Positions 25,803-34,903 of a stretch of DNA of 64,000 bases are shown here, one piece after another. The notes beneath the pieces are model-generated. The model did no database searches. It worked only from the letters and a program-made list of their open reading frames with translations, and was not told where the DNA came from. The translations under genes were made by a program, and so were the position numbers. Within the stretch, counting starts at the first letter, position 1; each line of letters opens with the position of its first letter. Source of the DNA: Oscillospiraceae bacterium (GTDB lineage Bacteria > Bacillota > Clostridia > Oscillospirales > CAG-272); NCBI GenBank assembly GCA_015065385.1, contig SVQK01000128.1, positions 188-64,187 on the forward strand, written 5' to 3'.

Positions 25803-26159
25803 TTATTCTTCCCTGAGATGCTCGAATCCGATGTCCAGAATCCGTTTCACATGTTCGTCCGCGAGCGTGTAGTACACGATCTGCCCTTCCCTGCGGAACT
25901 TGACCAGATTGGCCAGCCGGAGGGCTTTCAGCTGATGGGACACCGCCGATTTGGTCACCCCGAGCAGAGCGGCCAGATCGCAGACGCACATCTCGTGCAG
26001 CTCCAGCGCGTGCAGGATCTGCGCCCGTGTGCCGTCGCCGAAGAGCTTGAACAGGGAAGCCAGCGCGACGTATTCTTCCCTTTCGCACAGATTCGCCGCC
26101 ACCTCGCGCACGGCGTCCTCGTGGATGATCTCGCAGGAACAGAAGTCTTTTTCGGTCAT
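25803..26159 (-). CDS. cadC: ArsR/SmtB family metalloregulator, CadC-like
   Basis: Start refined to MTEKDFCSCEIIHED (RBS AAGGAG). It has N-terminal Cys residues plus an MCVCD motif and a winged HTH (LGVTKSAVSHQLKALR), as recalled for CadC of S. aureus pI258. Confidence 0.8.
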   Translation of the reverse strand: MTEKDFCSCEIIHEDAVREVAANLCEREEYVALASLFKLFGDGTRAQILHALELHEMCVCDLAALLGVTKSAVSHQLKALRLANLVKFRREGQIVYYTLADEHVKRILDIGFEHLREE

Positions 26160-26184
26160 GGAATCTCCTTTCTCAGACATACGG

Positions 26185-26200
26185 TTGAGCAATTGTTCAA
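26185..26200. promoter_or_regulatory. ArsR/SmtB-type operator-like palindrome TTGAGCAATTGTTCAA
   Basis: It lies immediately downstream of the -10 of the cadC promoter and contains the TGAACA..TG.TCA half-sites typical of the family. Confidence 0.55.
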
Positions 26201-26207
26201 CAATGCC

Positions 26208-26236
26208 ATTATAATCCTCACCCGCCCTTTTGTCAA
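26208..26236 (-). promoter_or_regulatory. Promoter of cadC-cadA
   Basis: The minus strand reads TTGACA, a 17-nt spacer, then TATAAT. Confidence 0.65.
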
Positions 26237-26274
26237 GAGGACGGGCGAAAAAAGTCTTCGGGATTTTTGACAGT

Positions 26275-27294
26275 TCAGCCCGACGCGCCCTCCCTCGCCC
26301 GGAGCTTTCCGAGAACCGTCTCGAAGCGCTCGGGCAGCGGAGCCTCGAACCGCATTTCCTCCCCCGTCCTCGGGTGGCGCAGGATCAGGGCGGCGGCGTG
26401 GAGCATCTGCCCGTCGAGCAGGGGCGCGTTGTGCTTCTCGAAGACGGTCCTCCCGCCCCCGTAGAGCTCGTCTCCCATGAGGGGATGCCCGATGAACGCC
26501 ATGTGCACCCGGATCTGGTGAGTCCGCCCCGTCTCGAGAACCGCCCCGGCGTAGGTGAATCCGGACGCGGGAAACCGCTCGAAGACCTGCCAGTGCGTGA
26601 CGGCCGATCTCGCTCTCTTGTCCGAGCCCCGGAGCACGGCCATTTTCTTTCGGTCAACGGGATGCCGTCCGATGGGCTCGTCCACCGTCCCGCTCTCCCC
26701 GCGCAGACTGCCCGTGACGATCATGCGGTATTCCCGGTGCATGCTGTGATCCCGGAGCTGATCCGACAGACCCGCGTGCGCCCCGTCGTTCTTTGCCGCG
26801 CAGATCAGTCCCGAGGTGTCCCGGTCGATCCTATGGACGATCCCGGGGCGGTTCACGCCTCCGATGCCGGACAGGGAATCCCCGCACCGGAACAGCAGCG
26901 CGTTCACCAGCGTCCCGGAGCTGTGTCCCGGAGCCGGATGAACCACCATCCCCGCGGGCTTGTCCACGACGATGATGTCCCCGTCCTCGTAGACCACCCG
27001 GAGCGGGATGTCCTCCGGCTGTGCCTCGGCGTCCTCCGATTCGGGCAGGGTCAGCTCGAGGACGTCCCCCCGCGCGGCCCGCGTGTTTTTCTTCGCCGCG
27101 AGTCCGTTCACCGTCACGAACCCGTCCTCCATCAGCTTCTGAACGCGGGAGCGAGTCAGTCCGGTCTCCTCCGCAAACACCGCGTCGAGCCGCATGCCGA
27201 CATACCGGTCAAGCGGATCCCCTTCCGACTCCGGACCTTTCCCGTCCGGGATCCGGCAGAAGAACACGCCGCCGTCGTCGAAGACGTCACGCAT
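26275..27294 (-). CDS. rluD: RluA/RluD-family 23S rRNA pseudouridine synthase
   Basis: Start refined to MRDVFDDGG, overlapping the lspA stop. It has an S4-like N-terminus, the HRIDRDTSG catalytic motif, and the conserved lspA-rluD order. Confidence 0.85.
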   Translation of the reverse strand: MRDVFDDGGVFFCRIPDGKGPESEGDPLDRYVGMRLDAVFAEETGLTRSRVQKLMEDGFVTVNGLAAKKNTRAARGDVLELTLPESEDAEAQPEDIPLRVVYEDGDIIVVDKPAGMVVHPAPGHSSGTLVNALLFRCGDSLSGIGGVNRPGIVHRIDRDTSGLICAAKNDGAHAGLSDQLRDHSMHREYRMIVTGSLRGESGTVDEPIGRHPVDRKKMAVLRGSDKRARSAVTHWQVFERFPASGFTYAGAVLETGRTHQIRVHMAFIGHPLMGDELYGGGRTVFEKHNAPLLDGQMLHAAALILRHPRTGEEMRFEAPLPERFETVLGKLRAREGASG

Positions 27295-27877
27295 CGGTCC
27301 CCTCCCCGGGGTCCCCGTCTCCCGAAACGGTCGCGTCGGCAGAGGTTCCGTCTTCCGCGGATCCGGGTTCCGATCCTTCGGCGGGGGCGTTTTTCTTCTC
27401 CTTCGCCGCGCGGATCTCGCCAACGATGATCAGGAATAAATAGAGGAAACAGCCCACGGTCACGCAGGCGTCCGCCACGTTGAACACATAGAAATCGACG
27501 AACCGGCAGTCGATGAAGTCGAGCACCGCCCCGGACTTTTCGGCGAATCCGAACCCCAGCCGGTCCACCATGTTGCCGATCCCGCCGCCGAGCACAAGTC
27601 CCGCCGCGAGCCGCACCCAAGCGCTCTCCGGCTTCTCCTTCGCCACCAGCAGAACGATGGCGCAGAGGCCGAGGATCGAGAGGGCCATGAAGATCCAGCG
27701 GTGCTCCGCCAGCATCCCGAAAGCCGCGCCCTCGTTCTCCACATAGGTGAAGTGGAGCACGTCCCGGATCACGGGCAAAGTCCGCTCCGGCAGTCCGGGC
27801 AGAAGCCCCGCCATGATGTATTTGGTGACCTGATCCGCGAGAACAACCAGCGCGGCTGTCAGAAAAACGAAGATCAT
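27287..27877 (-). CDS. lspA: Signal peptidase II
   Basis: Start refined to MIFVFLTAALVVLADQVTKY. Motifs FTYVENEGAAFG and GGGIGNMVDR. It has an acidic C-terminal extension. Confidence 0.85.
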   Translation of the reverse strand: MIFVFLTAALVVLADQVTKYIMAGLLPGLPERTLPVIRDVLHFTYVENEGAAFGMLAEHRWIFMALSILGLCAIVLLVAKEKPESAWVRLAAGLVLGGGIGNMVDRLGFGFAEKSGAVLDFIDCRFVDFYVFNVADACVTVGCFLYLFLIIVGEIRAAKEKKNAPAEGSEPGSAEDGTSADATVSGDGDPGEGTDA

Positions 27878-27917
27878 ACTGTTTCGTACCGTCCCATTCG
27901 TGTTGTTTTGCCGCGCG

Positions 27918-29990
27918 TCATTCCTCGTCCTCCGGCTCCTCCTTCTGAGGTTCCTTCCGATCCCTCGAAATGCCCGCCGCAAACTCCGCCAGATCGTGAT
28001 CCGTGTAGGCCGCGGAATCCCCTCCGGGCTCGTCGAAATCGAGAAGCTCGAGCATATCAGGAGGCAGTTCGGAGGGTGTCTCGCTGAATAAGCCTTCCGC
28101 CGCGCCGAGTGTCTCTTCCGCGTTCCCGTCTTCCCGGGAGAGCTCCGCGAACACCTCGTCCAGCGCCTGACCGGGATCCAGCTTGGCCCGGACCGCCGCT
28201 TCAACCGCCGCCGCGATCTCCTTTTCGAGATCCGATTCCTCTTCCGTTTCCTTCGGAGCCGGTTTACCCGGATTCGGTCGGCGCGCCGGAGCGTCGGTCA
28301 CGCGGCTCTGTGCGGTTTCACGCTTACCGCTGTTTTTCTCCGCTTCTCTCTCTGCGGCGGCGGCGTCCATCATCCGGCGGAAATTCTCACGGCGCTTCTT
28401 CTCGAGGTCCGCGGCCAGATTCAGATCCACTTCCTCCTCGGGCTGAAACGCCTCAAGGATCGCGTCGTAGCTGTCGTCCTCGGAAATGCCGGACAGCGCT
28501 TTCATCACCGCCTCCAGCTCCTCGTCCCCCGGTTCCTCCGGCTCGGACGCCCCGGACTCCGGATTGTCCGGAAGAACCGGCTCTTCTCCGCTGACCTCTC
28601 GGGATTCCGACGAAAACTCCGGTTCCTCCGCCGGCTCCGGTTCCGACGGGACAGCAAACGCCCCCGGCTCTTCCGGTTCCTGCGGCTGAGGCTCTTCCGG
28701 CTCTGCCTGCTCTGCTGACTCTGTCGGCTCTTCGGGCTCTGCCAGCTCTTCGGACTCTTCCATTTCATACTCCACCAAACCGTCGAACGCTTCCTCCGTC
28801 AGGCCGCGGATGGAATCGAGGATCCGGTCGGTTTCGGCGGCGATGTGCTCGGAGACGGCGGTCTCGGCAAACAGCGCGTCCGTCTCGCTCCCCTCTGTCA
28901 AGTGAGAGCCGGTTTCTTCCGATGCCGATTCCCGTACCGGTTCAGGCTCGGCGGCAGGTTCGGCGCGTTCGGGCTGTTCCGGTTCCGAAGGTTCTTCGGA
29001 GGTCCCGGGCTGCTCTGACGAGTCAGACGGCTCCGACGGCTCCGACGGCTCTTCGGGCAGATCCTTCAGCATCTCGCCGATCATCGCGGCCGCGGAGGCA
29101 AATCCGAAGAGATCGCCCGCGTCGTCCGGATCCGTGTCCGCCGGAGCTTTCGCGGAAAACGCGTTCACTTCGTCGAGGAACCGGTCCGCGTCCGCACCGA
29201 ACCGCTCCGCCGCGCTCAGCTGGGACTGAGCCATGGAGCGCATGGAGGAGGAGAACGCCAGAACGTCGTTCCGGAACCGCGCGGCTGCCGTGGAAAGTCC
29301 CGCGTAGATCCGCTCGCTCTCCCGGAGCTGTTCCGCCGCCTCCTCCCGGAGCGATTCCACGTTTCCTTGTCCGGCAGAAAGCGCCTCCTTTTCCGCAGAG
29401 AGCGCATCTTTTTCCGTGCATAGAGCGAGCCTCTCCTCGTTCAGGGCAGCCCGTTCCGCCTCAAGCGCGCGCCGCTCTTCCCCGATCCGAAGGATCTGGG
29501 CGTCAAGATCCGCCTTTCCGTCTGCAAGCTCCTGCTTCAACGCGTCAAGCCGGGCCCGTTCCTCGTCGAGGTTCTTCCGGATCCCGTCAAGCCCGTCCGC
29601 CTCGCGCGCCGCCGCTTCTTTCGCCTCTTTCGCCTCGCCGAGGATCCGGGCGGATTCCGCTTCGGCCTTTTCCCGGACCGTTCCGGCGTCCCGACCGGCA
29701 GACCCCAAAAGCTCCTCCGCCTCTCTCCTTGCCTGCTCAAGGATCGCATCGGCTTCGGCATGAGCGCGGGACAGCTCTTCCGGATCCGGAGAGAGGCCGG
29801 GAATATCCGCAGCCGCCGCGGACGCCGCCTTTTCGGCCGCAATCTTCGCGTTCTCGGCCCGGACGGCGTTCAGACGCTTTTCGAGCTTGGTGTATTCCCC
29901 TGCCACATAGGCGATGTACTCGTCCACTTCCTCCGGCACATATCCCCAGAGGGCTTTCTGAAACAGTTTGTTTTTGAAATCAACCGGCAT
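27918..29990 (-). CDS. divIVA: DivIVA-domain protein with a long coiled coil and a ~380-aa acidic disordered tail
   Basis: Start MPVDFKNKLFQKALWGYVPEEVDEYI (RBS AGGAGG). An A/E/R/L heptad-like region is followed by an E/P/S/D-rich tail (EPSEPSEPSDSSEQP...). Confidence 0.75.
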   Translation of the reverse strand: MPVDFKNKLFQKALWGYVPEEVDEYIAYVAGEYTKLEKRLNAVRAENAKIAAEKAASAAAADIPGLSPDPEELSRAHAEADAILEQARREAEELLGSAGRDAGTVREKAEAESARILGEAKEAKEAAAREADGLDGIRKNLDEERARLDALKQELADGKADLDAQILRIGEERRALEAERAALNEERLALCTEKDALSAEKEALSAGQGNVESLREEAAEQLRESERIYAGLSTAAARFRNDVLAFSSSMRSMAQSQLSAAERFGADADRFLDEVNAFSAKAPADTDPDDAGDLFGFASAAAMIGEMLKDLPEEPSEPSEPSDSSEQPGTSEEPSEPEQPERAEPAAEPEPVRESASEETGSHLTEGSETDALFAETAVSEHIAAETDRILDSIRGLTEEAFDGLVEYEMEESEELAEPEEPTESAEQAEPEEPQPQEPEEPGAFAVPSEPEPAEEPEFSSESREVSGEEPVLPDNPESGASEPEEPGDEELEAVMKALSGISEDDSYDAILEAFQPEEEVDLNLAADLEKKRRENFRRMMDAAAAEREAEKNSGKRETAQSRVTDAPARRPNPGKPAPKETEEESDLEKEIAAAVEAAVRAKLDPGQALDEVFAELSREDGNAEETLGAAEGLFSETPSELPPDMLELLDFDEPGGDSAAYTDHDLAEFAAGISRDRKEPQKEEPEDEE

Positions 29991-30044
29991 ATGTCCTCCT
30001 GAATCCGTCTCCGGAGCGCGGATCAACGCAAGCGATCGCCCGCC

Positions 30045-30881
30045 TCACAGATATTTTTTGCATAAAACGCGGAGCCGCCCACTTCTCGTGGAACCGGATA
30101 CGGCTCCCACTGCGAATTTACCATATCCCCGCACGGAGAGTACGTCCCCCTCCGCCGTTTCCTTCGCCACGTCCGCGCATTCCCGGTAGTTCAGCTCGAC
30201 CAGCCCCTGACGGACCATCGCGGCGGCGTCCTCCCGGGATTTGCCGATGAGCGCCTTGACCATCCCGTCCAGCCGCAGGGACGCCACGGTGACCGGCATC
30301 TCCTCGAACCGGCGCGGGATCTCGAATCCGGGCGGGATATCGCGCCTTTCGCAGATCACGGCGTCCCGTCCGATCCGGGTCAGCTCGGTTTCGAGAAACG
30401 GCGCGATCCTCTCCGCGGCGAACACCAGCGCCTCGCTTTCGGACAGCACCGCGATATCGCCGATCACCGCCCGGTCCACGCCGAGGGACAGAATCCCGCC
30501 CATGAAATCCCGGTGGCCGAGTGCGCGGAATCCGCTCCCGCGAACGGTCATAGGCACGATCGGGATCTCTTCGAGGACGGCGGGATTGTTTTCGAGAAAG
30601 TCCGCGAAAAAGGCGGTCCGTTCCGTATCAAGCGGCATGGAGTGCCGGGGCGGATCTTCGGGGGCGGCCCATTCCGGCAAAAAAACCGCGGCACTACGCT
30701 CGGTACCGCGGCATCCGCCCCAGAAAAAGCATCTCTGCATGCCGTTTCCGATCCGGGCGCAGAGCTCCGTATAGACTTCGATTTTTTCCCCGGGCGAGAG
30801 AAAATCCGTGACGGCGATCCCGTATTCGGAGGCGCGCCACAGCTCGAAGGCCCGGGAGTCAACATCGCTCTGATTTTTCAT
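30045..30881 (-). CDS. ylmH: YlmH-like RNA-binding (S4 domain) protein
   Basis: Start refined to MKNQSDVD. C-terminal S4-like LRLDGMVKALIGKSREDAAAMVRQGLVELN. It lies between yggT and divIVA, the expected position. Confidence 0.75.
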   Translation of the reverse strand: MKNQSDVDSRAFELWRASEYGIAVTDFLSPGEKIEVYTELCARIGNGMQRCFFWGGCRGTERSAAVFLPEWAAPEDPPRHSMPLDTERTAFFADFLENNPAVLEEIPIVPMTVRGSGFRALGHRDFMGGILSLGVDRAVIGDIAVLSESEALVFAAERIAPFLETELTRIGRDAVICERRDIPPGFEIPRRFEEMPVTVASLRLDGMVKALIGKSREDAAAMVRQGLVELNYRECADVAKETAEGDVLSVRGYGKFAVGAVSGSTRSGRLRVLCKKYL

Positions 30882-30910
30882 ATCGCTCCGGTATTCCGGA
30901 TCCCGCCGCC

Positions 30911-31177
30911 CTACAGAATGGCCGCGAGAACGGAGAGAAGAATGAAGGTGAGGAAAAACGGCATATCGATCGGCAATCCCTCGAACCAGCCGAATCGCTC
31001 GCAGAGGGTCCGCACCGGCATGATCACCGGCTCGGTCACGGCGTAGAGGAAGTTTTCCACGGGCGAATCCTCGGGGATCGGGAGCCAGCTGACGACGGCA
31101 CGCCCCAGCATCAGAATCTCCAGCGCCATGAGGAGCGCACGGACGGTCGCCATCAGGACATATGCAATCTGAATCAA
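30911..31177 (-). CDS. yggT: YggT family membrane protein
   Basis: 88 aa with 2-3 TM segments and motif RAVVSWLP...VTEPVIMPVR. The apparent start is TTG with GAGG upstream. Confidence 0.8.
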   Translation of the reverse strand: MIQIAYVLMATVRALLMALEILMLGRAVVSWLPIPEDSPVENFLYAVTEPVIMPVRTLCERFGWFEGLPIDMPFFLTFILLSVLAAIL

Positions 31178-31299
31178 AATACGCCTCGCATGGTTTGGTC
31201 AGAGTATGCAAACAAGACCTGAAGAGCGCGCCCTTCCGGTTCTATGTTTGTATATCATTGTTTCCATCCCCGTTCCGAAGGACGCGGACGGCGGAGAAC

Positions 31300-31881
31300 T
31301 CAGTTGAAATCGTTGAAGTCTCCGGCGGGAGCGGTCTCTTCCGGTTCCGGCTCGGGCTGACGGGCCGTCGTACGGATCTTCGCGTTTTCCACGTCCACAT
31401 TGGAGGGCGTGATGACATACGCGTTGGTGGCGATGTTCTTGAGGTCGCCGCCGATGGAGTACGCGACGCCGGTCAGAAAGTCGATCAGTCTGCGGGACGC
31501 TTCCTTGCTGGTCTTCTCGAGGTTCAGAACGACCGTGCACTTGTTCAGCAGATGATTGGCGATCTGCGTGGCGGTGTCGCTGTCGTAGGTCTCGGGCCGG
31601 ACAACCTGCATCTTGAGGTTGGTGCCGGAGAGCGAGATCCCGCCGCCCATGGGCTGGGAAACCGGGTTCATTCCCGGATTCATATTCAGGCCCGGATTAA
31701 CGCCGGGGTTCATGTTCGCGCCAGCGTTGACGGGCTGGGGTTGCGGAGCATACTGCACGTCTCCGTCTTCCGGCTGACCGTCGTAGTTGTCGCCGTAGAC
31801 TCCGTAGTAATCGTCTTCATAGGTATCGTCGTAGGTATCGTTTGCTCCGGTTACCTTTTTGATCCGATCCATGAGTCCCAT
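31300..31881 (-). CDS. sepF: Cell division protein SepF
   Basis: The C-terminal domain has VVLNLEKTSKEASRRLIDFLTGVAYSIGGDL. RBS GGAGG. Confidence 0.85.
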   Translation of the reverse strand: MGLMDRIKKVTGANDTYDDTYEDDYYGVYGDNYDGQPEDGDVQYAPQPQPVNAGANMNPGVNPGLNMNPGMNPVSQPMGGGISLSGTNLKMQVVRPETYDSDTATQIANHLLNKCTVVLNLEKTSKEASRRLIDFLTGVAYSIGGDLKNIATNAYVITPSNVDVENAKIRTTARQPEPEPEETAPAGDFNDFN

Positions 31882-31967
31882 ATAAATCCTCCGTTCTGCT
31901 TGAAGCAGGATGAATTATCAGAATAAAACACAGAAGCGAGCCTGTCCGGCATCCGGCAGAAAAGCCG

Positions 31968-32693
31968 TCAGCCCTTCGGCGGGTATGTCCGCGCTCCGAA
32001 AATCGCGCTGCCGACGCGCACCATGTTGGATCCTTCCTCCACGGCGCAGACGTAGCTGTCGCTCATACCCATGGACAAAATGCCCTCCCCTATATTATGC
32101 TGTTTTTTTCTCAAAAAGTCAAGGTAGATTTGATAAGATTTCTTGAAATACGCGCGAAAATCTTCATTTTTTTCACATTTCGGCGCCATTGTCATGATTC
32201 CACGCACGTTCAGACGCCGATATTCGGCCATCCGCGACAGAATCTCGTCAAACAGGACGGGGTCAACGCCCGTCTTCGACTCCTCCTCGCCGATGTTGAT
32301 CTCGATCAGAATGTCCTGATCGACACCGAGGGTCGAGCACCGCGCGTCCAGCTCCGACGCCAGCCGCAGGGAGTCCACGGAATGGATCAGCCCCGCCCGG
32401 CCCGCGACAAAGCGGATCTTGTTGGTCTGAAGATGCCCGATGAAGTCCATCCGCGCGCCGGCTTCGGTCACGGCACTGTATTTGGCGGTGAATTCCTGCT
32501 GCCGGTTTTCCCCGCAGATTTTCAGCCCGCACTCCCGGATCAGGTACAGCACCTCTTCCTCGGGGACGGTCTTGGTGGCGGCGAGCAGCGTGACGGGATC
32601 CCCGCCTCCGCGTCTCTGCCGCGCGTTTTCTATCTCTTCGAGCACCCGCAGGTAGTTGTCCCGCAGCTCGGTCTTTCTCTCTTCGGTCAGCAT
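31968..32693 (-). CDS. yggS: YggS/YlmE family PLP-binding protein
   Basis: Motifs LLAATKTVP, FIGHLQTNK, MGMSDSY, VRVGSAIFG. Confidence 0.9.
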   Translation of the reverse strand: MLTEERKTELRDNYLRVLEEIENARQRRGGGDPVTLLAATKTVPEEEVLYLIRECGLKICGENRQQEFTAKYSAVTEAGARMDFIGHLQTNKIRFVAGRAGLIHSVDSLRLASELDARCSTLGVDQDILIEINIGEEESKTGVDPVLFDEILSRMAEYRRLNVRGIMTMAPKCEKNEDFRAYFKKSYQIYLDFLRKKQHNIGEGILSMGMSDSYVCAVEEGSNMVRVGSAIFGARTYPPKG

Positions 32694-32733
32694 GGTTCCT
32701 CCCGTTCTCGGTTCCCGCCCCGGCTCTCAGCTC

Positions 32734-34119
32734 TCAGCCGACGATCTTGCCGGAGTACAAATCCCGGCCTCCCACGATCACCACGTCGTTCTCCTCGATC
32801 CAGTAGTACGTTCCGAAGGAGGTCTCGTCGTACGCGCCGGCCTTTCCGGTCCTGAGGTTGGCAAGCCGCACTTCCTCGCGGATCGCCTCGTTTTCCTGCG
32901 TGTTTCCGGTGCAGATCACGGTGCCGTCCTCGCTCTCGTGGATCACGTTGACCCGGCGGAAACGGACCGTCACGCCGTCCTGCACATAGACGCCCCGGTA
33001 ACCGTCCACCACGCGCAGAGCCGTGACGGGCAGCTCGAACCCGGAGTATTCCACGGTGGAGATCAGAACCTTCTGCATCCGGGTGAAATCGAACGCGGAG
33101 GGCACGGTCTCGCAGCGCAGGATCACCACGGCTCCTTCCCCAGGCGTTTCGGGGATGATGCGGTACAAATCCATGGTGAAGCTCTGCGCGGCGGTCAGAA
33201 ACTGCACGCTGCAGTCGTACATGTCCACAAGGGCGGAAGCCTCTTTCTTGCTCATGGGACAGGCGATGTACCAGTTGAAATCCGAGAGCACCGTCCCGAC
33301 GCACAGCGTGTCCTCGAACCGCGGCTCGCTGTCGAGAAGCTCCTCGAACTCGTCGTAGGTCATGCTGTCGATCCGGTCGGCGGAGAAGATCTCCCCGTAT
33401 CCGTCGTACTCGGCGTAGTAATAACCGCTGATGTCCGACCGCACGGTCTCGAGGTTGTCCCCGAGCTGCTTCGTCAGGGAATTCCGCTCCGATTCCAGCT
33501 GCCGGATCCTGGTTTCATAGTCCGATCCGGTCCCGCGCACAGCCGCCCGCTTCTGCATGTCCACAAGGAGACTGACCCGGCGCGCGATGGCGTCCCCGCA
33601 GTCCCCCGCCGCGCAGTCGGCCGCGATGGAGAAAAACTTGTCGTAAATGGCGGCGTCGAGGGTGGTCGTCGTCTGGGCGGACCGGTCCTCCGCGTCGTTC
33701 TTTCTCAGCTGCGCGATCTGGGTGTCGATTTCGGAAATCCGGTTCTCGATCTCGGGAGCAGCAGCCGCGTAGACGTCCGCCAGCTTGCCGCCGCGCGCGA
33801 CCTTCCCGCCGTCCGCAACCGCCGCGGTCACGGATCCGGTATAGGTGTACGAAGCGTAGACGGGCCGCTCGGAGCGCATGATGTACGCGTCCGCCTCGAC
33901 CGTCGTGGTCACGGTCCTCGTGACGGCGTCCGCGAGCTCGAGCCCGGGCTGCAGCTCGTCCACCATGTGGTATCCCACATAGAAGATCAGCCCCACGGCC
34001 AAAACGGAGACCAGCGCGTACCCGAGCGTCCGGAGCAGATAGTTCCGGTCGAAAAAGGCCGCGATCCGGCGAAAGCCCGTCACGAAACGCCGCCAGCCGG
34101 TTTTCCACTTCTGTTTCAT
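32734..34119 (-). CDS. Membrane-anchored HlyD-like/hypothetical protein
   Basis: 461 aa with a single N-terminal TM segment, a coiled-coil segment, and a beta-rich C-terminus. RBS GGAGG. The function is not established. Confidence 0.55.
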   Translation of the reverse strand: MKQKWKTGWRRFVTGFRRIAAFFDRNYLLRTLGYALVSVLAVGLIFYVGYHMVDELQPGLELADAVTRTVTTTVEADAYIMRSERPVYASYTYTGSVTAAVADGGKVARGGKLADVYAAAAPEIENRISEIDTQIAQLRKNDAEDRSAQTTTTLDAAIYDKFFSIAADCAAGDCGDAIARRVSLLVDMQKRAAVRGTGSDYETRIRQLESERNSLTKQLGDNLETVRSDISGYYYAEYDGYGEIFSADRIDSMTYDEFEELLDSEPRFEDTLCVGTVLSDFNWYIACPMSKKEASALVDMYDCSVQFLTAAQSFTMDLYRIIPETPGEGAVVILRCETVPSAFDFTRMQKVLISTVEYSGFELPVTALRVVDGYRGVYVQDGVTVRFRRVNVIHESEDGTVICTGNTQENEAIREEVRLANLRTGKAGAYDETSFGTYYWIEENDVVIVGGRDLYSGKIVG

Positions 34120-34276
34120 CTGTCCTCCGCGCCCTCCGGGATCCGGGATTCTTTTCCGTGTTCGATCCGCCCGGGATCATGCCCGGAGCCGGTTTTTTTA
34201 TTATAGCACAAATCCCGACCGGAGCAGCCGGACTGCGGAAATATTTACAAACGATTCACACTCTTCCGCCCTGCAT

Positions 34277-34903
34277 TCACACCCGCACGGATACGGCCTG
34301 CGTTCCCATCCCGCGGTAGGAGACGTCCGTGTCCCGGAAGGAATAGCGTTCCCGCGGGCCTGCCAGAGGATCGGAGAACACCGCGTCCTCCCCGTCGTAA
34401 CCGATCAGGAGCAGGCAATGCATGGGCGTCTTCCAGACGTACGTCTCGCCGGAGCCGTCGATCAGCCAGCGGCGGGACTCCCGGGGCGGCCTCATCCCCA
34501 TGGTGGCGAAGAGGATCACGGGACGGCCCTCGTCGATCTCTTCGCGGAAGAGGGCGTCGAGGGATTTGCCGTACAGTTCCCGCGCGTCGGCGCTCTTCCC
34601 GAGAAGCGCGGCGCAGATCTCGATCCCGCGTCTGACGGCGGGCGCGAAACATCCCCATCCGTCCTCGGTGCGCGGATCGCCGGGATAGCAAAGCCTCGGA
34701 TCCGGTCCGCGCCAGACGCCGTTTTCAAGCCGGGGCGTCCCCGCCTTCGGGAGGCAGTAGTCGATAAAGAAGTCCGGCGTCACGTCCCATCCCGCGTATT
34801 GCAGGCAGAGCGCGGCGGACACGCTTTCACATCCGGTGGGCCATTTTTCCCGCTGATCCAGCCACGGGCAGTCGAGAATGCGCGTTCCCCGTCTTTCGTT
34901 CAT
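34277..34903 (-). CDS. C39-like cysteine peptidase family protein
   Basis: 208 aa. An N-terminal WPTGCESVSAAL motif supplies the candidate catalytic Cys. Its ATGA overlaps the truB stop. Confidence 0.55.
   Translation of the reverse strand: MNERRGTRILDCPWLDQREKWPTGCESVSAALCLQYAGWDVTPDFFIDYCLPKAGTPRLENGVWRGPDPRLCYPGDPRTEDGWGCFAPAVRRGIEICAALLGKSADARELYGKSLDALFREEIDEGRPVILFATMGMRPPRESRRWLIDGSGETYVWKTPMHCLLLIGYDGEDAVFSDPLAGPRERYSFRDTDVSYRGMGTQAVSVRV

Noticed and set aside
27866-27880. The 12-nt match CATACTGTTTCG to the 5' end of repeat copies A and B, at the lspA start. A similar CATACTG occurs at 63554.
   Set aside because: It coincides with the start-codon context cagtATG of real genes. No further element-like sequence follows. 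It is most likely chance, or at most a preferred sequence context.
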